DNA of 53,075 bases, from positions 1-53,075 of the forward strand of contig JBBRAE010000020.1 in the NCBI GenBank assembly GCA_038207085.1, in the 5' to 3' direction. Positions 1 through 9,644 of this stretch are shown piece by piece (the stretch's first letter is position 1; each line of letters starts with the position of its first letter). A model generated the notes under the pieces. It was not told the origin of the DNA. It worked only from the letters and a program-made list of their open reading frames with translations, and made no database searches. The position numbers and the translations under genes were made by a program. Source of the stretch: Armatimonadota bacterium. Lineage in GTDB: Bacteria > Armatimonadota > UBA5829 > DTLH01.

Positions 1-666
1 CGCCCGGTGCTTCCTCGCCGGTGTCGCAACGGGCACAGCTTCGGCAAAAATGGCCTGAATGCTCACTTCATCCCGCTTTCGGGCATCTTCAAGCTGAGAC
101 TCAATGTCGTCTGCGAAGATATTGTCGCCCTTTAGCCGATATATGCGCTCCAGAATGCGTAAATCCACCACGTGAGGGTGGCTGTCGCTGTCGGGATTGG
201 CCTGCGATTTGTAGATATCGAGCGCTTTTCGGCAGTTCGCGTGCGCCTTTTCGAGCTGACCGGCCTCAAGATACACCCTCGCAAGCCCCCGCCATGCCGT
301 CACGCTTTCGGCGCAAACTTCAACCATCAGGTAGCAGTATTTCAACGCCTCGGGCAGGTCGCCCAGCGCCATGGCAAGCTCTGCCTGGGAACCAAGAGCG
401 TACATACTCCTGGGGTGAAGGTTCGAAAGCTCCGAGACGATCGGCGCAGCCTCCTCGGCCCTGCCAAGAACCGAAAGCACGCGGGCGTATGTTGACCGAT
501 GCTTGAAGCTATCCCCCTGATCCTCCGCAAGCGCCCGAGCAAGCGGCAGTGCCTCATCGTAGCGCTCCCACCTGACGAGGTGCGATAGCAATGTCGAGCG
601 AACCTTGGGAGCAAGCGACATCACATAGTCGAGTGATCGTCCGAGTATCTCAGGGGTTGTCTCCAT
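1..666 (-). CDS. TPR-like helical repeat protein, N-terminal part only (runs off the window edge; absent from the supplied ORF track)
   Basis: Manual translation from ATG at 666 (AGGTG RBS-like motif upstream): METTPEILGRSLDYVMSLAPKVRSTLLSHLVRWERYDEALPLARAL...AWRGLARVYLEAGQLEKAHANCRKALDIY..., open to base 1, with TPR-like A/L/G periodicity. Confidence 0.75.
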   Translation of the reverse strand, partial: METTPEILGRSLDYVMSLAPKVRSTLLSHLVRWERYDEALPLARALAEDQGDSFKHRSTYARVLSVLGRAEEAAPIVSELSNLHPRSMYALGSQAELAMALGDLPEALKYCYLMVEVCAESVTAWRGLARVYLEAGQLEKAHANCRKALDIYKSQANPDSDSHPHVVDLRILERIYRLKGDNIFADDIESQLEDARKRDEVSIQAIFAEAVPVATPARKHRA

Positions 667-672
667 CACCTG

Positions 673-1359
673 CTACGGCTCCCTGTAGTCGATTTCTGCC
701 TGATAATCGGGGAACGTGTGAACACCGATCACCATCGGCCAGCACTGATTCTCGTGTATTCTGCTTAATCCGAACGCAAGCTGCACCGCTTCGACCCCGA
801 CCAATGATTTGAGCTTCAAAGAAGAAAGTTTCAGCGGATTTGCCCCTCTCTTCAATAGTTCCCGACCCAATGCGCGCCATTTCAAGTCCGTAACCGGCAC
901 GCCACGGCCCTGGTCAAAGCCCGGAATCAGGATTCTTGCGTCGTATTTGCCTGAATACTCATCGAGAGAGAACATTGCGGCTGTCGGGACTGGCGGGCAG
1001 AGGGTTAGAGATATATCGCAAGCCAAAAGGCGCTTCTCGCTTCCATCGCTCGCGTACGTTCTGCAGAACTTTCTCCGCTCAGTCTCGTCAAAATGGCCGA
1101 GGCACCGCGGACGCTCATGCACGAAGTCACACGTCCAGTCCTCGATGTGCGGGGGCTTCGGACGGTGCGCTCCGAGTTCAAAACTCACGACATCGAACGG
1201 GCGCATAAAGGAACCATCAGCGTATTTGATATCGCCGAGAAGGATCGTGCCACGCTCCTTAACCGGGCGTACCCACTTGCCCGACGCAAGCGAAATTCCG
1301 CCAATGCAGAACCCGGAGAGCATCTTGGTCACGGCAAGAATTACGATCTCATCTTTCAT
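673..1359 (-). CDS. dual OB-fold (DuOB-like) domain protein
   Basis: IVILAVTKMLSGFCIGGI..GKWVRPV, HIEDW, VPVTDLKWR and FGLSR..CWPMVIGV motifs resemble the dual-OB family found with DUF488; start overlaps the upstream stop (TGATG). Confidence 0.7.
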   Translation of the reverse strand: MKDEIVILAVTKMLSGFCIGGISLASGKWVRPVKERGTILLGDIKYADGSFMRPFDVVSFELGAHRPKPPHIEDWTCDFVHERPRCLGHFDETERRKFCRTYASDGSEKRLLACDISLTLCPPVPTAAMFSLDEYSGKYDARILIPGFDQGRGVPVTDLKWRALGRELLKRGANPLKLSSLKLKSLVGVEAVQLAFGLSRIHENQCWPMVIGVHTFPDYQAEIDYREP

Positions 1360-1793
1360 CACAGATGAACGACCTCCACACCATTGATTCCGTCGGCCCA
1401 AAGTTCAGCCACAAGCCTCCTGTGGCACTTCGTCGAGTCGTCTTCTGAGCAAAGCAGGCAGGGATGTCCTCCCTGCGCAAGAAGCCCTCTGCCAATGCCG
1501 AGCATGTCGCGCTCACGGATCAGTCTATCGAAACCCACGCGGTACGCGTCCCAGTCCTTGTCCTTGCGATAGATCGCGAGCAGGTCATCACCAGGAGCAA
1601 GCTCAGGGTGGTGCTCATAGGGAACACCTATCAGTTCGAGCACGAACTCAAGATCGTCTCGCTTGGCATAACCGGCGAGCTGGCTCGTGTTGTTCAATCG
1701 GACGTCGATGATGCGGTCGACCCGTGACGTGCGGATAAGCTCCGCAAACCGTCGGAGGTTCTTGCCGCTTGAGCCGATCGTGTAGATTTTCAC
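1359..1793 (-). CDS. DUF488 family protein
   Basis: KIYTIG, IDVRL, ELAP and CLLCSE..CHRRLVAE motifs; GTG start overlaps the upstream TGA. Confidence 0.85.
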   Translation of the reverse strand: MKIYTIGSSGKNLRRFAELIRTSRVDRIIDVRLNNTSQLAGYAKRDDLEFVLELIGVPYEHHPELAPGDDLLAIYRKDKDWDAYRVGFDRLIRERDMLGIGRGLLAQGGHPCLLCSEDDSTKCHRRLVAELWADGINGVEVVHL

Positions 1794-2263
1794 AGCAGTA
1801 ATCCCTGTTGGCCAGCTGCAACTGCCCCGTCGCGATCGATGTGGCGCACCTCGTGACCCCGTCCGCGAAGCACCCAAGCCAAAAGCCGCTCACGGTGGCA
1901 GACCATAGGGTCAGCCTCGGAGCACATCAGAACGATGGTCTTGCCCGATGCGAGCTCTTCGATCTGGCGGATACCTGCCTGAAACTTCTCAGTCTGAGCC
2001 ATCATTTCGTAGTTGGGAACACCACCTTCAGTGAGAAACCCCGGACTTTTCGGCTTGCCGCCAAGAGAGTCACCCATATAGAGGTATTCGAACCCCAGAG
2101 CTCTAAGCTCGACCTGGATTTCTCGGTAGTTGAACTGGGAGGCATACTTGCTGTAGGGGTCGGTACGAACGTCGACGACGAGCTCTATTCCGTGCGACTT
2201 AAGCCGCTCGGCGAACTCCGAAACGCTGGTGTTGCTGTGTCCAATGGTGTAAAAGACGGCCAT
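1790..2263 (-). CDS. DUF488 family protein
   Basis: FYTIGHSN, VDVR..PYS, LGG and LMCSE.DP..CHR motifs. Confidence 0.9.
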   Translation of the reverse strand: MAVFYTIGHSNTSVSEFAERLKSHGIELVVDVRTDPYSKYASQFNYREIQVELRALGFEYLYMGDSLGGKPKSPGFLTEGGVPNYEMMAQTEKFQAGIRQIEELASGKTIVLMCSEADPMVCHRERLLAWVLRGRGHEVRHIDRDGAVAAGQQGLLL

Positions 2264-2292
2264 GCCTGCCCCCTGCGTTGTCAAGTAGTTGC

Positions 2293-2321
2293 AGTATAAC
2301 ACGACAAAAGCAGGCAGGCAA
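2293..2321 (-). promoter_or_regulatory. sigma70-type promoter of the DUF488 operon
   Basis: TTGCCT-N17-TATACT with TG extended -10 on the minus strand, about 30 nt upstream of ATG 2263. Confidence 0.6.
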
Positions 2322-2373
2322 GCACAAATATCTCAAGACTGAGGCAGATACGATACGCAACGCGCCGGGCAAA

Positions 2374-2706
2374 TCAATGTGAGAAATTGCCGCGAGGTCG
2401 AACCCTCTTGCCGAGCGCAACAAGGCCTCCGCACCAGAGCAGAGCCGCAACAAGCCCGTTTGGCTCAGGAGCGGTCGGCGATCCGAATGTCACGAGCGCA
2501 CGATCATACCAGCTTGCGTCACCTTGATACTTGGCAGGCGTCCAGACCTCCGCAACTCCGGAATGGGTAGGGGTCGGGAACACCGCGCCGACGTGGACGG
2601 TGAATGTCATGTCAGGCACGTCCAGAAGGCCCGGAGCGATGGTATAGCGAAAAACAAGGCTGCCTCCCGGTGAAATCGCTGGTATAGACCTATATTTCTG
2701 GCTCAT
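2374..2706 (-). pseudogene. PEP-CTERM-tailed protein fragment without a signal peptide
   Basis: C-terminal APEP + hydrophobic helix + KRVRPR; no N-terminal signal peptide or clear RBS. Confidence 0.55.
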
Positions 2707-2742
2707 GTTGGCGATCTCAAACCTGGGGTGAAGTGAGGAGCA

Positions 2743-4410
2743 TCAGTCAGACGTTGGGTCGAACCTGGCGAAAAGTGCGCCAGAAACGAGAACTCCGGCA
2801 ACAGCTATTGGGACGTTTACGAGGACTACGGCGAGCGAGGCGACGGAGATGTCTATGTCAACAAGCGGCGCGATCAACCATACCACCGCTGTCGGCACAA
2901 GAGCGATTCCGGCGAGAAAGAAACTCAGGATGTGGGCTATCAGATCCTGCACCTTGTCCCGGGAGTCGGGGTAAAGCAGCACGGGAATGCTGATCACGGC
3001 AACACACGTAAAGCCGAAAACTATCGAAGTGACTGCTGAAAGCCAGAGGACGGCGGGGTCAGTGTCGGCAACGAACACAAAGAGCGAAACGGCGCTTATC
3101 ATCGTCACGGCGACTACCGGAAGCCATTCATGGAACGTCTGCACCAGGATAAAGCGAAACGGAGATATCGGCATGGCTTTGGTCAGGTTGGCGAGACGAA
3201 GTTCACCCCTAAGCTCCTGCTGACCAAGCAGCGCGAGAATCCAGGCGACGTAGGGCATCGCGACCGGGACCACCCGCCGCACCTCCGGGAGCTTGACAGC
3301 AGCGCCGATGATGACGCTCGCGATCACAGGCACACACATCACCACAAGCAGCCGCGCGCCGGATGTCCGAAGCTTCACGACAATGCTCTTCCAGAGAAGC
3401 GCCGAAGCCCCTCGTCCAAACGGAGGCACGGGCGGCGTATTGAAGCTTCCCCTACCCCGCCAGCCCACAGCCCGAATCCTCGCGCCGATCACGTCGCCGG
3501 AACGAATCGCGTCTCTCACCCTTGCCGCGCGAGCGCTCACACCAAGCGCGGGCTCGTAGATGTCCTCATCTCGACCAAGCAGAAGAAACGTCGACCCAAC
3601 AGCTAGAATGGCAAGCCACAAAAGCTCAACTCTTTCATTGACGATTCCCCGGATCGGCGCGAGAATGACGTCGGTCGCCCAGGTGATAGGCGCAAGGGCG
3701 GCGCGGACCAGGCTTGACCTCGTGGAGCTTATCACGCTTTCGATAGCGTCGCTTGTCCAGGCAAATCTGACGACAGCCGTCGCTGCGACGATCAGAACCG
3801 CAGCGAATATCGCGGCCTGCACCAGAACCCGGGCGATACGCAGCCTGCCCGGCCCGGCGGTCGCGACTACGTTTAGTGTGTGGGTCAGGTTCATCACAAA
3901 GACTATCAAACAAATCGACCCAAGCCACGAAAGGAGCAGGTCCGGGTACACCGGCACACCAAGCACGTGATAAAGCGGCGAACCGACCATCCCGAAAACG
4001 AGCCCTGAGAACAGCGCATACTTGGTGTAGTCTTTGAAGAGCTTGAATGCGAGCACGTGGCGGCGGTTTACAGGCGTCGGGAAGAGAAAGTCCACGTGCG
4101 ACGGCGCGAATATCAAAAGCCCATCGGAAAGCGCGGTGTAGATCACCCCGGCGGCTGTGATCGTCAACACGATGAATACGACCGCCCAGATGGCGTCGAT
4201 CGGAATCGCCTGCTGCAAGTAATGTCGCCCCGAAGGCATAACCGGGCGTGCTATACCAAGAAGCGTCAGGGTGTCCTGAGCGAACACGAAGGCGATCCAC
4301 AGCGCTATCAGCACTGCGGGTATCAAGCGCTTCGGTGTGCGGAGCGCTGCCTTGACCGAGTTAGTGATCTGCCTTAGCTCAAGGTATAGGAGCGGTTTCA
4401 CCAGCGCCAT
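2743..4410 (-). CDS. putative ABC exporter permease
   Basis: Many TM segments, VDFLFPTPV and FGRGASALLWK motifs; adjacent to an ABC ATPase. Confidence 0.8.
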   Translation of the reverse strand: MALVKPLLYLELRQITNSVKAALRTPKRLIPAVLIALWIAFVFAQDTLTLLGIARPVMPSGRHYLQQAIPIDAIWAVVFIVLTITAAGVIYTALSDGLLIFAPSHVDFLFPTPVNRRHVLAFKLFKDYTKYALFSGLVFGMVGSPLYHVLGVPVYPDLLLSWLGSICLIVFVMNLTHTLNVVATAGPGRLRIARVLVQAAIFAAVLIVAATAVVRFAWTSDAIESVISSTRSSLVRAALAPITWATDVILAPIRGIVNERVELLWLAILAVGSTFLLLGRDEDIYEPALGVSARAARVRDAIRSGDVIGARIRAVGWRGRGSFNTPPVPPFGRGASALLWKSIVVKLRTSGARLLVVMCVPVIASVIIGAAVKLPEVRRVVPVAMPYVAWILALLGQQELRGELRLANLTKAMPISPFRFILVQTFHEWLPVVAVTMISAVSLFVFVADTDPAVLWLSAVTSIVFGFTCVAVISIPVLLYPDSRDKVQDLIAHILSFFLAGIALVPTAVVWLIAPLVDIDISVASLAVVLVNVPIAVAGVLVSGALFARFDPTSD

Positions 4411-5131
4411 GCTCCTCTGTGAGTGTCAGAAATGCGTCTTCAAGACTCGCACCGGACCCCATGCTCGCGCGTTCCTGAAGCTCGTGAAGCGTCCCCTCGG
4501 CGACCATCCGCCCGTGGCTCAGGATGATGATCCGGTCGCAGAGGTGCTCGGCGGTGTCGAGCATATGGGTGCTGATCAGTACCGAGCAGCCATCTGCTTT
4601 GGCTTCAAGGACCATATCTTTCAGCTCGCGCGCGCCTTTGGGGTCGATGCCGATCAGCGGCTCATCAAAGAGAATGGTGCGAGCGTTGTGGACAAACGCG
4701 CAGACGATTGCAAGCTTCTGGCGCATACCCTTGGATAGGCTTAGAACCAGGTCGTTACGCTTGTCATAGAGCTCAAAGCGCCTGAGAAGCTCAGTGCACT
4801 TTGCGTCAAACGTCGATAGCGTGTCGTAGGCCATCGCGATGAATCGGACGTGCTCCATCACCGTCAGCATCTCATAGGGGTTCGGCACCTCCGGGACAAA
4901 GGCGAGGCGGCGTTTGACATCGCGCTCCTGCTTGGAGAGCAGCATCCCATCGACCTCGATCTCACCCGCGGTCGGCTGGATGATCCCCGTGATGCTCCGA
5001 AGCACGGTCGTCTTCCCCGCTCCGTTTGGACCGAGCAGCCCAACGATCTCCCCATCGCCAACCGATAGACTGACATTATCAACAGCGAGCGTCGTTTTGT
5101 AGTATTTTGTGAGATTGCGTACAGTAAGCAC
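4379..5131 (-). CDS. ABC transporter ATP-binding protein
   Basis: GPNGAGKT Walker A, LSKGMRQK signature, LFDEP Walker B, STH; GTG start at 5131 with GGAG RBS. Confidence 0.95.
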   Translation of the reverse strand: MLTVRNLTKYYKTTLAVDNVSLSVGDGEIVGLLGPNGAGKTTVLRSITGIIQPTAGEIEVDGMLLSKQERDVKRRLAFVPEVPNPYEMLTVMEHVRFIAMAYDTLSTFDAKCTELLRRFELYDKRNDLVLSLSKGMRQKLAIVCAFVHNARTILFDEPLIGIDPKGARELKDMVLEAKADGCSVLISTHMLDTAEHLCDRIIILSHGRMVAEGTLHELQERASMGSGASLEDAFLTLTEEHGAGETAPIP

Positions 5132-5144
5132 GGGTAAACTCCAG

Positions 5145-6794
5145 TCACGACTGAGCTGTCGGGTCATATCGCTCAAACAGCGCTCCCGCGATCCACAGCC
5201 CCATCCAGGCGAGCAGTATGTTAATGAGCACAAGTGTTACGGATATCGAAAGCAATCTCTCGCCGAGCGCCAGCATTCTTACAATTATGGCAACCGACGG
5301 CAGCACCGTCAACCCGACGAGAACGAGGCTTACGAAGCCGGGGACTATGAGCTGCAATCTGTCCCGGCAGTCGGGGTAAAGCATCACAGCGATTGCGCTC
5401 CAACTGATGCAGGATATCGAGATCGAGAGCGACCCTACAAGCGCGATAGCGAGTGTTTCGCCGTCGGCCTCGGGTATCATCCACCTGATCGACACTGCGG
5501 CAACCAGAGCAAAGACCGAGAGCTGCAGCCACTGTCCAAATACCTGGGCAAGGATGATCTTAAACCCACGAATTGGAATCGCCTTTATAACATCCGTCTG
5601 TCTGAGCTCGCTTCTCAGATCAGCCTGAGCGGCGAATATGAACCCCCAGACCACGTAGAGAATCGCATACGGCGACTGCTTCAGCACCTCAGCATCGTGA
5701 ACGAGCGAACGCGCGGCGAGTGCGGTGATCGGAGGCAACAGGACAAGCGCGAGCATGCTCCAGCCCATCCTCCTGCACTGCACCGCCATATATTTCCAGA
5801 CGAGCGAGACTGCACCTCGGCCAAACGGTGGGATCGACAGACCAGCCGAACGGGCTTTTTCCATATCCCGACGCTTCTCTATCGCGACGCTCGACCAGTC
5901 ACCGGTGTTCATCGCCGCCCTGATTCGCGCCATCCTCGCGCTTATGGCAAGAGACGGTTCGTAGAAGTTCTCTGGCCGCCGAAGAAGCGCAAAAAGCGAT
6001 CCACCGGCAAGTATTGCGAGCCAGGCAAGCTCACGCATCGGATTGTGGACCATCCCCGGCGTGCTCCCGACGATCAAGTTGGTGCACCAGACGATCGGCG
6101 CGAGGAGAAACTCCGCGAGCGCGTTTTGTGCGGCGACCGCAAGGCTTCCCGCGGCATCCCCAGTTGCAACATAGTGACCAAGCGCGGTCACAAAAAGCAG
6201 CGAGACGACCAGCACGAGCGAGAACTTGACCACTCGTGCCGTGATCTTTAGCCGAGCGACACCGTAGCTTGTCACGACGTTCAGCAGATGCGTCGCGTTG
6301 GTCACGAACGAAAGCAGAAGAAGCGCGCCGACCGCCGCGTAGAACGCAGTAGACGCGTGCATCCCGATCAGCATATACCCCTGCAGTGCAAACACTCCGA
6401 CAAAGATTACGTAAGCCGCGTAGCGACCGTAGTCGCCGAAGAGCTTCATCAAGAGCACGCTTCGTCGTTTGATCGGCGCAGGAAACAGAAAATCTATGTG
6501 CGGCGGCGCGAATATCAACAGCCCGTCACGCAGAGAGTTATAGACGAGCGTGACCACCGTGGCAGTGAGCGATATAAAGCAGGCCGACCATATCTGGTCC
6601 ATCCTCGCCGCCGGGATATGCACCTTCATCGACTGCCACGCCTCGGGGTCTAGCGCCATCACGGTGCTGAAGATGACCGATTGCCCGGCCCACGCGGCCA
6701 AGAGCACCATCGGCACAAGCCTCCGAGGCGTGCGCAGGGTGTGCTTCACGCTGTTCACGAAGAGCCTAAGGTGCAGATACGCAAGCGGCCTCAT
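5145..6794 (-). CDS. putative ABC exporter permease (paralog of 2743-4410)
   Basis: Shares RTPxRL, DGLLIFAP.H.DFLFP.P, YEP, PPFGRGA and DP motifs with the other permease. Confidence 0.8.
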   Translation of the reverse strand: MRPLAYLHLRLFVNSVKHTLRTPRRLVPMVLLAAWAGQSVIFSTVMALDPEAWQSMKVHIPAARMDQIWSACFISLTATVVTLVYNSLRDGLLIFAPPHIDFLFPAPIKRRSVLLMKLFGDYGRYAAYVIFVGVFALQGYMLIGMHASTAFYAAVGALLLLSFVTNATHLLNVVTSYGVARLKITARVVKFSLVLVVSLLFVTALGHYVATGDAAGSLAVAAQNALAEFLLAPIVWCTNLIVGSTPGMVHNPMRELAWLAILAGGSLFALLRRPENFYEPSLAISARMARIRAAMNTGDWSSVAIEKRRDMEKARSAGLSIPPFGRGAVSLVWKYMAVQCRRMGWSMLALVLLPPITALAARSLVHDAEVLKQSPYAILYVVWGFIFAAQADLRSELRQTDVIKAIPIRGFKIILAQVFGQWLQLSVFALVAAVSIRWMIPEADGETLAIALVGSLSISISCISWSAIAVMLYPDCRDRLQLIVPGFVSLVLVGLTVLPSVAIIVRMLALGERLLSISVTLVLINILLAWMGLWIAGALFERYDPTAQS

Positions 6795-6883
6795 AGATGT
6801 CTCCCATCAGCAAGAGAGATACCACAGACGAACAACTCTCTAATCAAGCAGACGATGCGAGCCGCCACTATGTTCCGTCATTT

Positions 6884-6918
6884 CAGCTGTTAGCTATTAG
6901 CCGTTGGCTTTTAGCTTC
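6884..6918 (+). repeat. degenerate heptamer tandem repeat (YAGCYNT)x5
   Basis: cagctgt tagctat tagccgt tggcttt tagcttc. Confidence 0.6.
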
Positions 6919-7189
6919 TCGCTGTACCAGTTTGTTTTTGTGTGCCTCTGATCTTGGATTTTGCGTTCTGAGTTCGTTTTGAACACTTTCAACCCAGGCG
7001 ATTCCACAGTCTCCCCAAAAGGCAAAGCTCGTATATCAATAATAGACGACACATATCGAGATAGCAAGGAACGTTTCGGGGTAATTGTTAGTTATTTCTA
7101 CGAACGGATGTACGCAATGCCTGAGTGGTCACTGACGGCGGACAGCCAGCGAGGGGCACGAGCAGTTGAGGGTGCCTGATTGACGGCAT

Positions 7190-7891
7190 CTACCCTATTC
7201 CCCCATACAAAATCGCCCGCTTCAGCTCTTCGATCGCTTTGGTGACTTCGATCTCGCGGGGGCAGGCTTCGGTGCAGTTGAATATGGTCCGGCAGCGCCA
7301 CACCCCCGAACGCGAGTTCAGTATCTCCAGACGTTCGGCGGCGGACTTGTCTCGGCTGTCGAAGATGAAGCGATGAGCGTTTACGATTGCGGCTGGCCCG
7401 ACGTAGTCGGGGTTCGACCAGTAGATCGGGCACGACCCCGTGCAGCTCGCGCAGAGAATACACTTGGTGGTGTCGTCGAAGACCTCGCGCTCCTCGGGGC
7501 TTTGGAGTCGTTCGCGTATGGGGGGAGGCTCGTCGTTTTCGAGATAGGGTTTTATCGCGCGAAGCTGGGCGAAGAACGGCTCCATATCTACGATCAAGTC
7601 TTTTAGCACAGGAAAACCAGGGAGCGGGGCGATTGTGATTTTTGCGCCAACGTCCTCGATCAGGGTCTTACATGCCAGGCGGTTCACTCCGTTGATAACC
7701 ATCGCGTCGGACCCGCATATGCCGTGCGCGCACGACCGGCGATAGGCCAGACTGCCGTCGACGTACCACTTGACGTAGTTCATCGCGTCGAGCACCCGGT
7801 CGGTAGGCTCAACGCTCGCCCTATAAGTCACAAACTCGGGCTTGGGACGGGTCTCAGGGTCGTATCTTCTGATTTTGAGTGTTACGTCCAT
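7190..7891 (-). CDS. sdhB: succinate dehydrogenase iron-sulfur subunit
   Basis: RSCAHGICGSD, CILCASCTGSCP and CRTIFNCTEACP Fe-S motifs. Confidence 0.97.
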   Translation of the reverse strand: MDVTLKIRRYDPETRPKPEFVTYRASVEPTDRVLDAMNYVKWYVDGSLAYRRSCAHGICGSDAMVINGVNRLACKTLIEDVGAKITIAPLPGFPVLKDLIVDMEPFFAQLRAIKPYLENDEPPPIRERLQSPEEREVFDDTTKCILCASCTGSCPIYWSNPDYVGPAAIVNAHRFIFDSRDKSAAERLEILNSRSGVWRCRTIFNCTEACPREIEVTKAIEELKRAILYGGIG

Positions 7892-7901
7892 AGACTGCCG
7901 C

Positions 7902-9629
7902 CTAATACTTCCTTTCCATCGGCTGAAACTTGGTTACGACGACGGGTTTGTATCCGAGTCGTATACTACTCTTATCGGTCCGATAGGCTAGAGAGTGCTT
8001 CATCCAGTTTGCGTCATCGCGGGTCGGAAAGTCTTCTCGGGAATGAGCGCCCCGGCTTTCGGTCCGGGCAAGAGCGGAGACGACGAGCGTTTCGGCGAGT
8101 TCGAGCAGACAGCCCAGCTCGAACGCTTCGGTCAATTCCGTGTTATAGATATGGCCTTTGTCCTGCACACTAGCCCGCGTGTAGCGATCTTTCAGGGTGA
8201 TCAGCTTCTTCTGCATTTCAACGAGAGTCTTTTCGGTTCGGAAGACGCTTGCATTCGCCATCATCTCGCTCTGGAGTTCGGCTCGGATGTCCGCGACCGA
8301 CTCGCCGCCCACATCTGACTTCAGCCGGGCGATCTCGCCTCGCACCCAATCTTCGACATCTTCTGGGACGGGAACAAGGTCGGCTGAGCCGATGTAATTC
8401 ACCATCTCGCGTCCCGCGCGTTTGCCGAAGACTTGGATATCGACAAGCGAGTTTGTCCCGAGCCTGTTCGCGCCGTGGACGGAGACGCACGCGCACTCTC
8501 CTGCGGCGAAAAAACCAGGGAAGCGGGTGTTCTTCTCATCAACAACTACCGCGCCGTCGATATCGGTCGGAATGCCGCCCATACCGTAGTGCGCCGTCGG
8601 CTGAACAGGGATCGGAGTCTCGACCGGGTCTATCCCGAGGTAGGTTCTAACAAAATCGGTGATATCAGGCAGTTTCTTCTCGATCACGTCGCGCCCAAGG
8701 TGAGTGAGATCAAGATGCAGGTAGTCTTTGCCGTCGATCCCCCTGCCCTCGCGGATCTCCATATACATCGCACGGCTGACCATGTCACGCGGCGCAAGGT
8801 CTTTGATCGTCGGAGCGTAGCGCTCCATAAAGCGCTCACCCAGACCGTTTAGGAGTATACCACCTTCGCCCCTCGCGCCTTCGGTGATTAGAATCCCCAT
8901 CTTGTAGATCCCCGTGGGATGAAATTGAAAGAACTCCATATCTTCAAGCGGAATCCCCCGGCGATACGCGACCGCGAGGCCGTCGCCGGTGAGCGAAAGC
9001 GCGTTTGAGGTCACCTTGAACATCTTGCCGTATCCGCCGGTCGCGAAGAGCACAGCTTTGGCATGGAAAGTGTGGACCTCGCCGGTTGCGATCTCATAAG
9101 CGACGACTCCACAGCAGACACCGTCGCAGACGATCAGGTCCATCACCTCAAACTCGTTGTAAAAGGCTGCCTTGTTGCTGATGCAGGCCTGGTAGAGCGT
9201 TTGCAGGATCATGTGCCCCGTGCGGTCGGCTGCGTAGCACGAACGACGGACGGGAGCCTCACCGAAGTTACGGGTGTGGCCTCCGAAGCGGCGCTGGTCG
9301 ATGCGACCTTCTTTGGTGCGAGAAAACGGAAGCCCCATGTGCTCAAGATCGTAGACGGCCTGGATCGACTCGCGGCACATAAGTTCGATCGCGTCCTGGT
9401 CGCCTAGGTAGTCGCTTCCCTTGACCGTGTCGAAGGTATGCCACTCGGGGTTGTCCTGCTCGTCGTTGCCGAGCGCTGCGCCTATCCCACCCTGAGCCGT
9501 GCCGGTGTGCGAGCGCGTCGGGTAGAGCTTGCTGATAACAGCTACGTCCACCTTGCCCGACAGCTCGATCGCCGCCCGAAGCCCAGCGCCACCTGCGCCT
9601 ATGATTATCGCATCATGTTGGAAATACAT
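7902..9629 (-). CDS. sdhA: succinate dehydrogenase flavoprotein subunit
   Basis: GAGGAG, RSHTGTAQGG (FAD-binding His), QFHPTG, HGANRLGTNSL, ESRGAH. Confidence 0.98.
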   Translation of the reverse strand: MYFQHDAIIIGAGGAGLRAAIELSGKVDVAVISKLYPTRSHTGTAQGGIGAALGNDEQDNPEWHTFDTVKGSDYLGDQDAIELMCRESIQAVYDLEHMGLPFSRTKEGRIDQRRFGGHTRNFGEAPVRRSCYAADRTGHMILQTLYQACISNKAAFYNEFEVMDLIVCDGVCCGVVAYEIATGEVHTFHAKAVLFATGGYGKMFKVTSNALSLTGDGLAVAYRRGIPLEDMEFFQFHPTGIYKMGILITEGARGEGGILLNGLGERFMERYAPTIKDLAPRDMVSRAMYMEIREGRGIDGKDYLHLDLTHLGRDVIEKKLPDITDFVRTYLGIDPVETPIPVQPTAHYGMGGIPTDIDGAVVVDEKNTRFPGFFAAGECACVSVHGANRLGTNSLVDIQVFGKRAGREMVNYIGSADLVPVPEDVEDWVRGEIARLKSDVGGESVADIRAELQSEMMANASVFRTEKTLVEMQKKLITLKDRYTRASVQDKGHIYNTELTEAFELGCLLELAETLVVSALARTESRGAHSREDFPTRDDANWMKHSLAYRTDKSSIRLGYKPVVVTKFQPMERKY

Positions 9630-9644
9630 TAGGCCTGTCCATTC

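Noticed and set aside
2374..4410. Stop-codon readthrough from the permease (TGA at 2743) into the in-frame PEP-CTERM ORF
   Set aside because: The paralogous permease ends at the equivalent DPT motif and no SECIS-like hairpin is evident; the shared frame is plausibly chance.
5109..6251. Long plus-strand ORF (380 aa) and similar antisense ORFs such as 46223-47011 and 12940-13623
   Set aside because: Shadow ORFs opposite well-supported genes in GC-rich DNA, with no recognisable motifs.
6895..7010. Small minus-strand ORF (MESPGLKVFK..., about 36 aa) upstream of the ABC permease
   Set aside because: It runs through heptamer repeats and has no recognisable features, so support is insufficient.
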